From positions 1,178,001-1,242,000 of the forward strand of contig NC_086109.1 in the NCBI RefSeq assembly GCF_963921235.1: DNA of 64,000 nt. The letters are read 5' to 3'. The position numbers and the translations under genes were made by a program. Under the pieces are notes generated by a model. That model saw nothing but the letters and a program-made list of their open reading frames with translations, had not been told where the DNA came from and made no database searches. Of this stretch, positions 13,563-26,400 are shown one piece after another; within the stretch, counting starts at the first letter, position 1; every line of letters begins with the position of its first letter. Source of the DNA: Mobula hypostoma (taxonomy: Eukaryota).

Positions 13563-15455
13563 ATGGAGGTTGAGGAATTTATAAAGGCGCTGACCTTGGA
13601 GGCATTAGAGGATGCCAGGAAAACAAAATTGGCAGCTGTGGCCAAACAGTTGAATCTCGTTAAGGGGAAGTCGACAATGAGGAGAGAGGAGATACACAGA
13701 GCTATCGTAGAGCACTATGTATCTAAAGGTGTGTTTCCCCAAGGGGAGCTGGAGGTGGTGTCTATTGAAAAACCTGCTGGAGACGCAGTACAGGTGCAGC
13801 TTGAAAAACTGAGACTCGAGCAGGAGTTCCGGGTACGGCAGCTAGAACACGAAGAGAAAGAGAGGCAATGGGAGTGAGAAGAGAAAGAGAAACAGTTAGA
13901 AAGGCAGGAGAGAGAGAGATAGTTACAAGGGTAAGAGAGAGAGAAACAGTTGGAGTGAGAAGAAAGGCAGTTGGAGCGAGAGGAGAAACAGAGGGAAAGG
14001 GAATTTGAGCTGGAGAAGTTAAAGATAAGGGCAGAGCAGGGGCCCATGCCGAACCAAGGTGGAGGGTTCCGGGCGACCCAGGAGGTTAGGCTGGTTCCCC
14101 CATTTGACAATACCGATGTGGATCGGTACTTTCTCCATTTCGAAAAAGTTGCTACAAGTCAGGACTGGCCGAGGGATAAGTGGGCTGTTTTGCTTCAGAG
14201 TGTACTTAAAGGAAAAGCCCAACAAGCTTACTCAGCTTTGTCCGCGGAAGATGCCCAGAGGTATGAGGTGGTGAAAGAGACCATCCTCAGGATTTATGAG
14301 TTGGTCCCGGAGGCATACCGGCAGAGGTTCTGGAATGCGAGGAAGCCGTGGGACCGCATGTATTTAGAGTTTGCCCGTGAGATGCAGACATATTGTGAGC
14401 GTTGGTGTGCCTCAAAGGGGGTAGATGGGGATTATGACAGACTGCTACAGCTGATCCTGATTGAGCAGTTTAAAGGTTGTGTCCCTGAAGGTATGAGACC
14501 CTACCTAGATGAGAAAGAGGCAGCCACGTTAGCCGCAACTGCTAAATTAGCGGATGAGTACGTGTTGACGCATAAAATGAAGTTTGTTCCGAGTCAAGGC
14601 TACCAGAAGGGTAGTCAGGACGGCGGGGAGAGTCTGCCAGAAAAGTCAGTAAGTAAGCCGGGGACTAGTGAGAAGGATAAGGTAGACCGGGAGCAGTCTG
14701 GTAGGAAGTCTCCTGGGGTCGTCTGTTATAATTGTGGGAAAGTCGGACACTTTGCGTCCAGGTGCTTTGCCCCAAAGAAGGAGACGGGAAAAGGAAAAAC
14801 GGCGATTTTTACTGGCTGTATCGAGCTGGTAAACGAACCGCTAGGAGAGGACAGGTCTGCCAAAGTTCAGGAAGGGCGCGAGAAGTTTATCTCGGCCGGA
14901 TTGGTGTCGGTGAAGGAGGGGTTAAACCCAGTTCCAGTGCGGATCTGGAGAGACACGGGAGCGTGTCAATCATTGATATTGAAGAGTGTATTAGAGTTTA
15001 GCTCAGAGACCCAGATTGGGGAGGTCAAGGTAAAAGGTATTGGGGAAGGGACAGAGGCCGTCCCTTTGCACCAGATACACTTAAAAAGCAACCTGGTCTC
15101 TGGACTAGTCACGATCGGGGTGAGGTCCAAATTACCGATGAAAGGTGTGGAAGTCTTACTCGGTAATGACCTCACGGGGGGAATTGTGTTCCCAGCCGTG
15201 AGATTGACAAGTCAGCCTGCCAGCATTGAGACCCCGCCCATGGACTCGCAGGTTTATCCCGTTCGCGCAGTAACTCGGCGGATGTCGAGGAAGGCTTCAG
15301 AGGCTGATATAAAGTTAGCTGAGACATTTCTGCCAGCCTTGTACGAGGAGGGGGTAGAAAGTGAAAAGAAGGAACGTAATGAAACAGGAGGAAGTGGGGA
15401 AATTAAGGTAGATTTATCATTAGAAAAGAAGGACTTTATACAGGCACAGGAGTGA
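13563..15455 (+). pseudogene. gag: gag-protease of the LTR element: E/R coiled coil, SCAN/capsid-like region, CCHC knuckle, aspartic protease
   Basis: ORFs 13563-13877 and 13971-15455 share one frame, separated by four in-frame stops. Motifs: LILIEQFKGCVP..LADEY, CYNCGKVGHFASRC, IWRDTGACQSLI. Confidence 0.88.
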
Positions 15456-16570
15456 GACGAGGAAACAGCTCGCTGCGAAACAGAGTTAGGAAGAGAGCCA
15501 GTAGGCTATGGTGTGAAGGGGGAGGTGCTAAGGAAGGAAGGGAGACCAAGTACCGCAGATGAGGAATGGAGGATGGTGCCAAAAATCTCTGGGGATGAGA
15601 TTTTTAACCTGGCCCACAAGATACCCCTCGGTGGACATTTTGAGGTGCTGAAGGAAACAGTCGGCGGAATCATGAAAGAGGTTTACTGGCTGCACCCGAG
15701 GAAGGATGTTATTGATTATGGCAGACGCGAACTGAGACGGTCACAGGCTTTTGATATGCTAACGAACCTAGTCGGTATTAGCGCGGAAATCAATGAAGCT
15801 ATGGTCCCCCTGATAAAAAAGAACATTTTGAAAAGATGAGTATGGTATCAACCAGATGGGAGAAGGCTATTGTTTTGGCCAGCTCTGCTGATAAGGTCTC
15901 TCCCTTTATCCCCGAACAAAGTGACTTTTTAGGAGAATTAATTAAATGGCTCGCACACGTGTGTTTGATTGTCCTGAGGCGATGCAAAGAACTGGGACGT
16001 TGGGTGGTGTTTGTCACGCTAGGTTAGCCTAATGAACAACAGCCCTATGGAATGAGTAATTCAGTGACGAAAGGGCTGACGAACACAGAGGTGTGTATTG
16101 GCAATGTAATACGGCTGTCTGAAGCCAGCTTGATAGTGAACCTTGAAAAAAATGAGTTTGGCCACACGAAGGTCACTTATCTGGGAATTGTGGTGACACA
16201 GGGGCAGCTGGCAGCGATGCAAGCTAAGGTGCGGGCTATCTCTGACATCCCAACCCCGACAGACAAGAGGGCCCTCAGAAGGCTCTTGGAGATGGTGGGG
16301 TACTGTAGGAAGTTTTGCAATAACTTTGCGGGTACTACCCCTCCCCCTCTTACTAAGCCCTTGCGAAAGAAAACTAAGTCGGGATGGGACGACCCTTGTT
16401 ATCTTGGTCCGGGACAAAACCCAGTGAGAGGTGACACTGATCACAATTCATCAGTGTTTTCGGCCAATATGAAGTGGCTAAATTGGAGCCTGGTTTAGGG
16501 GATTATTAAAAATTACACATATAAAAGGAACGGAAAATGTGATTGCTGACTGTCTGTCAAGGTGTTGACA
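15456..16570 (+). pseudogene. pol: Deleted pol: integrase Zn-binding remnant, then RT thumb, then RNase H C-terminus
   Basis: EIFNLAHKIPLGGHF..YW (integrase HH region). NLEKNEFGHTKVTYLG..ALRRLLEMVGYCRKF (RT 3' part). TDHN and ITHIKGTENVIADCLSR (RNase H end). No integrase DDE core and no RT YxDD seen. Confidence 0.8.
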
Positions 16571-16673
16571 ACTTAAAATTCTCTGTATTAGCCAAATAGC
16601 TGATGAAGATGTATATTTGTGTGTATCTAATAATGTATTCATGTTTGTAATTTTTACCCCGGTAAAAATCCTT

Positions 16674-16685
16674 AAAGGAGAGGGG
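16674..16685 (+). promoter_or_regulatory. Polypurine tract
   Basis: aaaggagagggg immediately before the 3' LTR TG. Confidence 0.85.
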
Positions 16686-17628
16686 TGTGACGAGAGAGGG
16701 TTACAAAAAGTACACATAGACTAAGATGTTAACTGTCCTGTGCTGGCACCAGTGGGATCAACAGTTGATCTGCCACCTGTCTTCAGGAGAAAGAGAGATA
16801 AGGAAGACAATGGAGCAGCATTTGGAAATGTTCATGAAGAGACGAGAGAGTTTAACGGAAGGAGAACTGAGAACTGAGTATTTGTCAAGATCGGCTCCTT
16901 TTTGAACCCTGAACTGTTCGAAGTGTGATGGACAGGCGATACCCCAGCAGGGGGATAAAAAGGGACAGGTTCGCTAAGGCAGGACACACACGACACCACG
17001 AGGTAACGAGACCCTGGAAGCGGTGCGTCTCCCACAAGTCGGTGGGAATTTTTGAAGGGCTGGTCGCGGGACCAAGCCGTCGACGCACAGGGTGGAAAGG
17101 TACGATCGGCGGGAACCTGGTATGTGTCCGCCCTTGCCTGGGTGCCAGGTTCACTGCAGAGGAACGACCGTATCTGAAAAGGAGGGGTCACAGTCGGTGA
17201 CCTCAGAAGACATTACAAAAGGGCTCGCCCGAAAGCTGACTGCGAAGAATATCGAAGGTCTGTGTGGAAGCCGTTTTGAATATTCATTCGCTTTCGTTCT
17301 CTCTCTCCTTCCGCGCCCCCCCCCCCCCCGTCCACCGCCACGGCAGTGATTACTGTGAACTGAACTGAACTCAATTAAACTGAACTTTGCGTCACTTTGA
17401 AACTGGTCATTTACCCCTAGACGACGATTAGAGCTTGATTGATCCTGTTATCCTAGTTCTGTGTACATGTGTGTTTATCACTGCTGAACTGTTGCATTTA
17501 TTATCCTTTTGATTAGAGTACTGTGTTGCTTGTTTTTTTAATAAAACTTTCTTAGTTCCAGTAATCCAGACTCCAACTGAGTGATCCATTTCTGCTGGTT
17601 TGGCAACCCAGTTACGGGGTACGTAACA
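16686..17628 (+). repeat. 3' LTR (943 bp)
   Basis: Direct repeat of the 5' LTR with scattered substitutions and indels; ends taaca followed by the TSD. Confidence 0.95.
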
Positions 17629-17879
17629 CTCTCTTTCTGTTCTAAATGTTCCTCTCGATGCTCTCTTCCTTTGTCCCTTTAAACTCAGCACTCCCCATTC
17701 CTGTTCCATCTCAGCACACCGGGAATCTGGATTCTGCCCCCTTGAAACTCACCAGGAGCCCGTTTCTCACTCCCTAAGGACTCTGCTCTCCACCCCCTTA
17801 AACACAACGGGACATACCCCACCTGCCGCATTCCTCTGATTCTATCCCTCACATTCAATGGGTTAGAACTTGGAGCGGA

Positions 17880-18190
17880 ATAGCCAGACTGGTTCAAACT
17901 GAGAGGAAGGTGACAATAACTCAGATAACTATGAGTTACTACAGTGGTGTGCGGAAGAGCATCTCTGAGCACACAGCACATCGAACCTCGAAGTGAGCGG
18001 GCTACTGCAGCAGAGAACAACACCCCATTCAACTCCTGTACCTAATAATGTGGCCACAGACTGTACGTGCATTGGGAAATGCCAAGGAATATGTGGGACA
18101 GTGTGGCCCAGTGGCCCAGGGCTTGTGGACGGGCTACAGCAGTAGAAGAACACAAACACACACTCATATGTACCTAATAAAGTGGACACG
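17880..18190 (+). mobile_element. Tc1-derived non-autonomous remnant
   Basis: Ends in tgtacctaataa(t/a)gtggcca-type terminal repeats (~18037, ~18169). Homologous to 30270-30425. Confidence 0.55.
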
Positions 18191-18354
18191 CCGTTAATTC
18201 TCTAATATTGAGAGGCCAATTGTATAATCCCCTCAATGTAATCACCCCTTTTCTATTCTTAAGTTTACATATGTAGCCTCACTGTCCATTCTCCCTGGGA
18301 CATTGCTAAGATGTTTGCCCTGATTAATATCATTTATTTATTTAAGATGCAATG

Positions 18355-18585
18355 CAGAATAGGCCCTTCCAGCTCCTAGAGCCGTGCTGTCCAGCTGTCC
18401 CCCAATTTAATCCCAGCCTGATCATGGGACAATTTACGATGACCAACTAACCTACCAACGTTTTTGGACTGTGGGAGGGAACTGGAGCACCCGGAGGAAA
18501 CCCATACGGTCACAGGGAGAACACGGAAGCTGCTTACAGGCGGCAGTGGATTGAAACCTGAACCTTGTTCCTGTAAGAACTGTAA
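18355..18585 (-). mobile_element. HE1/V-SINE-like element
   Basis: gactgtgggagggaactggagcacccggaggaaacccat...acagggagaac resembles the V-SINE central domain (recognised from memory). Confidence 0.65.
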
Positions 18586-18839
18586 CGTACCAGCCCCATG
18601 TTCCTGTCCATGCCTTGTTGCTCCTGTCCTCACCCTGACTATCCTGCCTACAGGTCTGGCTCATTTTAACTATGTTTGCTTCACCTTTCTCATCTGCTAC
18701 TTTCCCGTCCGGTGAATATAAACCCTTCTTAGAAACTCCAGCAAATGTCCCTGCCAGGATTGTGGTTCCCCTCCAGTTCCACTGTAAAACATCCTCCTTG
18801 AGCAGGTCAGGAAAACATCCTAGTTGCCCGAGAACTCTA

Positions 18840-18995
18840 ACTATCTCTCTCTCGCTCTGTCTGTCTGTCTCTCTCCCCTCCCACCCCCTCCCTCCTCTCC
18901 ACCTCTCTCTCCCTCTCTCCCTGCCTCTTTCTTTCTCCCCTCCCCTCCCCTCCTCTCTCCTCTCTCTTTCTCGCCTCTTCCACCCCCACCTCCCC
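18840..18995. repeat. CT-rich simple repeat
   Basis: Pure pyrimidine tract. Confidence 0.85.
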
Positions 18996-19792
18996 ATGAT
19001 GGAGGGAAGTTGCTACAAGCACATGAGGGAGAGGGGAACAGGACGGTTCCAGTGATGGGGGACGGGTAGTGGTCATCAGATTCTTAGAGCCTCAGGGAGA
19101 TAGATGTTGAGCATGGGGAACGATTGCAAGTGAGGTGCTGCCCGTTTCACATGGAGACCATGAGGAATTTCACAGGGCACAACACAGCATGACGGATGAG
19201 GAATGAGACCTTGCTGAGTTCAGACCTTAGCTGCCAATTAACAAGCATTGTTCTGGCAAAACAGTCGTATACAGTTGAACTTTTTACTGTTGGACTTCGG
19301 CCACATTCTACCGAGATACAACACTGGGCGGCACGGGAGGTCGTTCCTGCCTGTGGCCATCGGACGTGCAGCTCCCCCTGTGGAGGGTCAGACACCCTGA
19401 GCCAATAGACTGGTCCTAGACTTTTTTCCATCTGGCAGAGTTTGCATTTTGTTGTTTGATTGTTTGTGGTTTCTGTATTGCTATATTTATGCTCTATTCT
19501 TGGTTGGTGCGGCTGTAATGAAACCCATTTTCCCTCGGGATCAATAAAGTATATCTATCTATCTATAACTGGGATCCCTGAACATGACAGGCCAGGCCTT
19601 TGACCTGGGGATACAGAGGGATAGTTTAACTGACCCACAGATATAGACTGTTCAGCCGATCCATCAGCCCCTTCCACCAGATTGGCCTATCTCCCGTTCC
19701 CCCTTCCCCATCTGTTCAGCTCCTCCAGCCTCGGAGCCACAAGGATCCCCACTGATTGGTCCAGTCTTCGGGTGCGGTGTGTGTCCCCCTCA

Positions 19793-19910
19793 CAAACAAG
19801 AGAAAATCTACGGATGCTGGAAATCTGAAGGGTTTTGGCCTGAAACGTCGATTGTACTCTTTTACTACAGGCTGCCTGGCCTGTGGAGTTCCTCCAGCAT
19901 TTTGTGTGTG
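19793..19910 (+). mobile_element. Short Penelope-pLTR-derived element with a degenerate hammerhead core
   Basis: Inverted tail piece (aacaagagaaaatct..gatgctggaaatc), then ctgaagggttttggcctgaaacgtcga...ccagcattttgtgtgtg. Confidence 0.7.
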
Positions 19911-20094
19911 TCCCCCAGCCTGGCACTGACTCAGCCTCACTTCATTGGGACCGTGAGCCCAGCTCTGGACACGGGCAGTCAGTGGGGTTCAGTGAACAGG
20001 GGAACACACAGGATCTGCCTGCACCCATTCTTTGGGGTGTTTCAGGAACTGATGAAACCTGGACCACCCCCCCCCCCCGCGGTGTCTCACTCAC

Positions 20095-20418
20095 CATGCA
20101 CCTCCAGTCGCATTGTTGTTTTACTTTCAGCTCCTGAACCTGCTGCTGCAACAGTCACCTCGTAATCACCAGAGTCCTCTCTCCGTAGATCACGGATTTC
20201 CAGACTGAAGTCCCCACGCTGAAAGGTTATCCTTCGCTTGTACTCCTCAGGACCGAAGTAGGTAATGTTACCCTTCAAGTACTTAACTATCATGACTCTG
20301 GGTGATACCCGACTCCACACAACCTCAGCATCATCCGGTCTGACTGGGATCCCAGTAGGTAAGGAGACCGAGTGTCCCCGAGTTCCGTTCACGGTGGTCG
20401 GGGGAGCCCCAGTCCCAG
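20095..20418 (-). CDS. Ig V-set exon of a CD2/SLAM (or CEACAM-N-like) surface receptor
   Basis: Acceptor ctcctcttgtctcctcag| and donor |gtgagt. 324 nt, phase 1-1, open. Encodes (A)GTGAPPTTVNGTRGHSVSLP..EVVWSR..YKRRITFQRGDFSLEIRDLRREDSGDYEVTV..MRLEVH. Has the C-strand Trp and DxGxY motif, no B/F cysteines, and sequons NGT and NIT. Confidence 0.88.
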
Positions 20419-20864
20419 CTGAGGAGACAAGAGGAGACAGTCAGCAGATCAGCTCAGTGACTGGTGGAGGAATCAGAGCTGTGAGAATCACTGATATAGC
20501 AACAGGCCGTACAGCCCATTGTCTGTCTCCCAGCCCTGTGAGACAGCTGGCCCACAGATCCTCCATCACACAGTGAGCCCATGGGGGTGGTGGGGGAACA
20601 GAGTGAAGACTCTCTGTACCCCACCCTGAGCAAGAAATTGCAGCCTGCAGACAGGAATTGATGGAAGTACCGTAGGCGGGGTGGGGGGTGGGGGGGGGAA
20701 GGTGGGGCTAGACACGGACATGTCAGATGGGACTCAGACTGGATTGGAGAAAGGGTGGGGGGTGAACGTGGGATGTGGGGAGGGACAGTGGGAGAATGAA
20801 GTGCGTATCCGTAGATCCTCAGTGTAACAGGACTGCTCTATACAATGGCTGAAACCTCCCATAG

Positions 20865-21760
20865 ACAACATAAGAGTAAGCCACTCAGCTCCTCAAACTG
20901 AAATGATCATTCAATATAGTCCAGGCACCAACTTTCTTCTTTGCCAGTTCCCCACAGCCTCAAATCTCCCATCTTTCACAAATGTGTCCACTTCCTCTTT
21001 AAATCCCCCTGTGATCCAGTCTCCACAGCCAGCTGGGATAGGAACGCCAGACAGGAGAGACATCACTCTCTGTGGGAAGAAATTCCTAAGCACCTCAGTT
21101 GTAACACATCCCCTAGCCTTGTACCTCTGCCACCTCATTCTGCCGCTAGTGGAAACATTTCAACCTCTACCACCTGATGATCCTTCAGTCTTCAGCATTA
21201 CAGGAACAGGCACCCCTAGCTCTTCTGAACTCCCGAGAAGGCAGCTCCAGCCTCTTTAGCTGTTCCTGAAAGGACAAAATCCTCAGCTCGGAAATGAGCT
21301 AGAAACAAGGGAATGAAACTTGAGAGGATGCAGAAAAGATTCACAAGGACATTGCCTGGATTAGAGAACTCGAGTTACTAGGACAGAGAAGATTAACTGG
21401 GACTGCTTTCCCTGGGATGAAGGAAGCTGAGAGGTGACAGGCTAGAGGGATATAAAATTATGAGAGGCTTTAACAGAGTCTGTTTCCCCTGGTAGAGGTG
21501 TCTAAAACTAAAGGGCGAGGTTTAAGGTGGGAGGAGGTTTAAAGGGGGTAAAGTTTTTGCAGCTCTGGAGTGAGCTGCCAGATGAGTTGAAGGAACAGTA
21601 TAAAACATTTACGAGGGATTTGGGCGGGCATTTAAAGTGTGCAAGGAAATAGAATCCATGCAGGACAGAGGGATTTGTACAGATAAACGAGATGCTTGGC
21701 GGCTGGCAGAGACGAGTCGGGCAGGAGGGTTTGTTCCAATGCTGCACAGATCAGGAGATC
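20865..21760. mobile_element. Two old CR1 3' fragments in opposite orientations
   Basis: - strand RNFFPQRV-type remnant (20865-21300); + strand QKRFTRTLPGL..RKLRGD remnant (21320-21760). Confidence 0.6.
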
Positions 21761-21934
21761 TACAGGTAAAAAGCATGCTCAGGACCAGGGACACTGCCTA
21801 CTGAGCCTTCAAGAAGAGGACATATATATATATATATAAAATGTATAAAACTGTAATTCAGTTTTTTTGGACACTCCCAAGTCCAAATGGAAAACACCCT
21901 GGAAGGTAGTGTAGTGGGTCTTAGCTCCAATGGG

Positions 21935-22310
21935 CTTCCACATACAGACTGATAAGCAGGTACTGGCCACCTAACCAGACATAGTAATACTGGACAAGGA
22001 ACAGAAGAAAGCAGAGTAGTGGTAGATGTGGCAATCCCGAATGTCAGTATCAGGAAGAAAGAATATGAGAAGCTGGAGAGATACCAGCGCTTGAAAGAGC
22101 AGATAGAAAGGATGTGGAAGGTTAAAGCCAGAGTAATCCCGGTGGTGGTGGGAGCACTTGGAGCTGTCACACCTGAACTGGGAGAGTGGCTCCAACAAAT
22201 CCCGGGAACAACGCCTGAGATCTCGGTCCAGACGAGCGCTCTACTAGGAACAGCGAGGGTACTGGGCCAAACCCTTAATCTCCCAGGCCTCTGGTAGAGG
22301 ACCTGAGACT
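21935..22310 (+). mobile_element. 3' end of an R4/Dong-like LINE with a restriction-like endonuclease
   Basis: PDIVILDK..VDVAIP..EKLERYQRL..RMWKVKARVIPVVVGALGAV..SALLGTARVL, a PD-(D/E)xK REL C-terminus. Confidence 0.8.
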
Positions 22311-22399
22311 GAGGAAAAAATACACAGACACGCCACCCGTAAGGGGTAAGAAAGATATATATATGTTACATAGTTAAATTTAATAAAAAAGTGGTGAGG

Positions 22400-23400
22400 A
22401 AGTGTTGATGGGTTCATTGTCCTTTCATAAATCGGATGGCAGAGGGGAAGCAGCTGTTCCTGAATCGCTGAGCGTGGGCCTTCAGACTCCTGTACCTCCT
22501 TCCTGATGCTAACAGTGAGAAGAGGGCGTGTCCTGGGTGGTGGGGGTTCTTAATGATGGATGCCACTTTTCTGAAGCGCTGCACCTTGGAGATGTTCTGG
22601 ATGGTGCCCATGATAGAGCTGAAGTTTACAACTCTCTGCAGCTTACGAGGTTTGGAGCGGTGAGTGTGTGGCCTGGGGTCCTGGAACCCTGGAGATGGGG
22701 TGCCAGCCCACCATCCAGTCCACTTCTTCTCTGCCACTGACAGACTGAACAAGGTTGAAGTCCTACAAGGGTGAAAGCTGAGGATGGGGAGGTGTTCAGC
22801 GCTGTCTGCCTGTGTTTGACCGTACTTTCTCTCCCTCACGCTCACTGCTGTCGGAGCAAAGCGCGGGAGTCTTAGAATCTACGTTACAAGGATTGATCGG
22901 TGAGGCTGAGGACTCATTTTGAGGGATTAGGGGTTCATGTTGCATATGGTCCTGGATTCTGGGTACTGCTTTTGAGCAGTTTTGATTGAGGTGATTGATG
23001 TGGTGGTCCTCACCACCAGTGATACCAATCCTGTCTGACATCATCTTCAAATTAAGGAGAATAATCTGGAAAGGGAGAGACCAAAGTCTGGTCAAGGGAA
23101 GTGGAGGACCGGACCATTTTCAGGGATTTATCTTCAGATCTGACTTCATCAAATCCTGTGTGGGTGAACATGTGCCTTTGAGAGCATATTGGACATACCC
23201 AAACCAGAAGCACTGGATAAACCAGGAGATAGACAGTCTGTTGAGGGCTGTAGGACCCTACAAAAAGTCCAGGTATGACATATGAAAGGCAATTGTGAGA
23301 ATGGAAAGGCAACTTCATGTGTAGCTAGAGGGCACAAACGGTTGCACAATAGTTGTGGGGCAGTTTGCAAGGCAAACCTAAACACATAAATCAACAAGAT
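22400..23400. mobile_element. Rex1/Babar-type LINE fragments
   Basis: - strand KVASIIKNPHHPGHALFSLLASGRRYRSL (22400-22640); + strand FIKSCVGEHVP..YPNQKHWINQE (23100-23300). Confidence 0.6.
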
Positions 23401-23439
23401 CAATCTGGTTATGCACACTTTGAAAGGGAGAATTTCCCC

Positions 23440-26400
23440 ACAACATCTGGTAACCAAGAGCCATTTTCTTCTCCTTTTGCAATCTTAACCCTACATCGTT
23501 GCTACTGTTTGGTGGCCTATATATGATTCCCATAACTTTTTTTTACCCTTGCAGTTTCTTAACTCCACCTACCTCTTTCTAAAGACGTAATTCCATCTCT
23601 TATCAACAGAGCCACACCACCGCCTGTGCCTTCCTGCCTGCCCTTTTGAATTTTGTCTCTGTGGTACCATTTAGCTCTGCTCTGTCTGCATTTGTACCCA
23701 GTCCTTGGCTTGTCCTTACTTACATTCATATTATGCCCATCGTCTACGTGTAATCCTGCTGGCTCATCTGCAGCTCTATCATTCGGGTCCCCATCCCTCT
23801 GCCATATTAGTTTAAACCACTCCCAACAGCTCTAGTAAACCTGCTCACAAGAATTTTGGTTTCCCCTGCCCCCCCCCCCCGCCGATTCAAGTGCAACCCA
23901 TCCCTTTTGTACAGGTCACACCTGCCCCAGAAAAGGAACCAATTATCCAGAAATCAGAATCCCTGGCCCAAATGTGTATCTGCATTCCTATCAACCTCTG
24001 CGTAGAGGCTTCTTCCCAGGGCTGAAATGGCTAACACGAGGGGGCATAGTTTTAAGGTGCTTGGAAGTAGGTACAAGGGGGATGTCAGGGGTAAGTTTCT
24101 CACACAGAGAGTGGTGGGGGTGTGGAATGCACTGCCAGTGATGGTGGTACGGATGAATACAATAGGATCTTTTAAGAGACTTAGATAGGTACATGAAGCT
24201 TAGAAAAATAGAGGGCTGTGCGGTAGGGAAGTTCTAGGCAGTTTCTACGGTAGATTACATGGTTGGCACAACATTGTGGGCCGAAGGGCCTGTAATGTGC
24301 CGTAAATTTCTATGTTCTATGTAAATATACATAAAGACTTGGCCTCCACAGCTGCCTGTGGCAAAGAATTCCACAGATTCACCACTCCCTGGCTGAAGAA
24401 ATTCCTCTTCATCTCCGTTCTAAAATGACGCACCTCTGTTCTGAGGTGGTGTGCTCTGGTCTTAGACTCTCCCACATCGGAAAGATCCTCTCAACATCCA
24501 CTCTATCAAAGGCTTTCATCGTTCGATAGGTTTCAATTAGACCACCCCTCATTCTTCCAAATTCTAGTGAATACAGGCACTGATTGGTCAAATGCTCTTT
24601 ATATGATAGGACATCATATGATAAGAACCCTGGAATCATTTTTGTGAAACTCCTTTGAACCGTCCTCAGCTTCATCACATCATATCTAAAATAAGGTGCC
24701 CAAACCTGCTCACAGTACTCCAGGTGAGGCCTCACCAGTGCTTTATAAAGTTTCAACATTACATCCTTGCTTTTATATTCTAGTCCTCTTGAAATGAAAC
24801 CTAACATTACATTTGCCTTCCTCAGCACAGGCTCAACCTGCAAACTAACCTTTGGGGAATCCTGCACAAGGACTCCCAAATCCCTTTGCATCTCAGTTTT
24901 TGTATTTTCTCTTCATTTAGAAAATAGTTAATCCTTTCATTTCTTCTACCAAAGAGCATGGCCATATGCTTCCCGACACTTTATTCCATCTGCCATTTCT
25001 TTGCCCATTCTCCTAATCTGTCTAAATCCTTTTGCAGCCTCTCTACCTGCCTCTCCACCTATCGTTGTATCGTCTGCAAACTTTGTGATATCTCCAACCA
25101 CTGAGGCCACTAAGGCTGGATGACTCCAACATCTTCCCAACCACTGAGGTCAGACTAACTGGCCTATAGTTTCCTTTCTTCTCCCTCTCTCCCTTCTTGA
25201 AGAGTGGAGTGACATTTGCAATTTTCCAGTCTTCCGGTACCTTTCTAGAATCTAGTGATTCTTGAAAGATCATTACTAATGCCTCCACGATCTCTCCAGC
25301 CACCTCTTTCAGAACCCTGGGGAGTGCACCATCTGGCCCAGGTGACTTATATATCGTCAGACCTTTCAGTTTCCCATGAACCTTCTGTCTAGTTATGGTA
25401 ACTTCACACACTTCATGACCCCAGACACCTGGAACTTCCACCATGATGCAAAATACTTACTCAGTGCATCTGCCATTTTGTTCTCCCCATCACTTCCTCC
25501 CAGCATAGTTTTCCAGCGGTCCGATATCCCCTCTTGCCTCTCTTTTACACTTTATGTATCTGAAGAAACTTTTGGTATCCTCTTTAATATTATTGGCTTG
25601 TACTTTTGCATTCCATCTTTACCTCCTTAATGCCTTTTTTCATTGCCTTCTGATGGTTTTTATAAGCTTCTCAATCCTCTAACTTCCCACTAGTCTTTGC
25701 TCTATTATATGCCCTCTCTCTGTCTTTCATGTTGTTTTTGACTTCACTTGTTAGTCACGGTTGTGCCATCTCTCCTTTAGAATACTTGATCCTCTTTGGG
25801 ATGTGTATATTCTGTGTCTTCCGCATTGCTTCCAGCAGTTCCAGTCATTGCTGCTGTGCCATCATCCCTGCCAGTGTTCTTTTCCAATCGGTTCTGGCCA
25901 ACTCCTCCCTCATGCCTCTGTAATTCCCTTTACTCCACTGTAATACTGATACATCTGACTTCAGCTTCTTCTCAAATTTCAGGGTGAATTCAGTCATATT
26001 ATGATCACTTGCCGCTAAGGGTTCTTTTACTTTCTTTAAGCTCTCTAATCAGTTCCAGTTCATTGCACAACACCCGATCCAAATTAGCTGATCCTCTAGC
26101 GGGCTTATCAACAAGCTACTCTAAAACGTTATCTTGTAGGCTTTCTGGAAATTCCCCTCCTGGAATTGAGCACCAACCTGATTTTCCCAATCTATCTGTG
26201 TATTGAAATCCCCCATGACTATTGTAACATTGCCCTTCTGGCATGCATTTCTATCTCCCGTTATGATTTGTAGACCACATCCTTACTACGGTTTGGGAGT
26301 CTGTATCCAACTCTCATCAGGGTCTTTTTAACCCTTGTAGTTCCTTAGCTCTATGCACAATGATTCTACACTTGCAGACCTTATGTCATCTCTTTCTGAT

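Larger units (their letters stand above)
12533..17628 (+). mobile_element. Ty3/Gypsy LTR retrotransposon, Gmr1-like domain order, internally deleted and non-autonomous
   Basis: Two TG...CA LTRs, 4-bp TSD ctct (12529-12532 and 17629-17632), PBS, PPT, gag with CCHC, protease, and an integrase remnant upstream of RT/RNase H remnants. Confidence 0.93.

Noticed and set aside
17745..17870. Splice-donor-like ctg|gtgagt on the - strand (another near 45760)
   Set aside because: No convincing acceptor or recognisable peptide.
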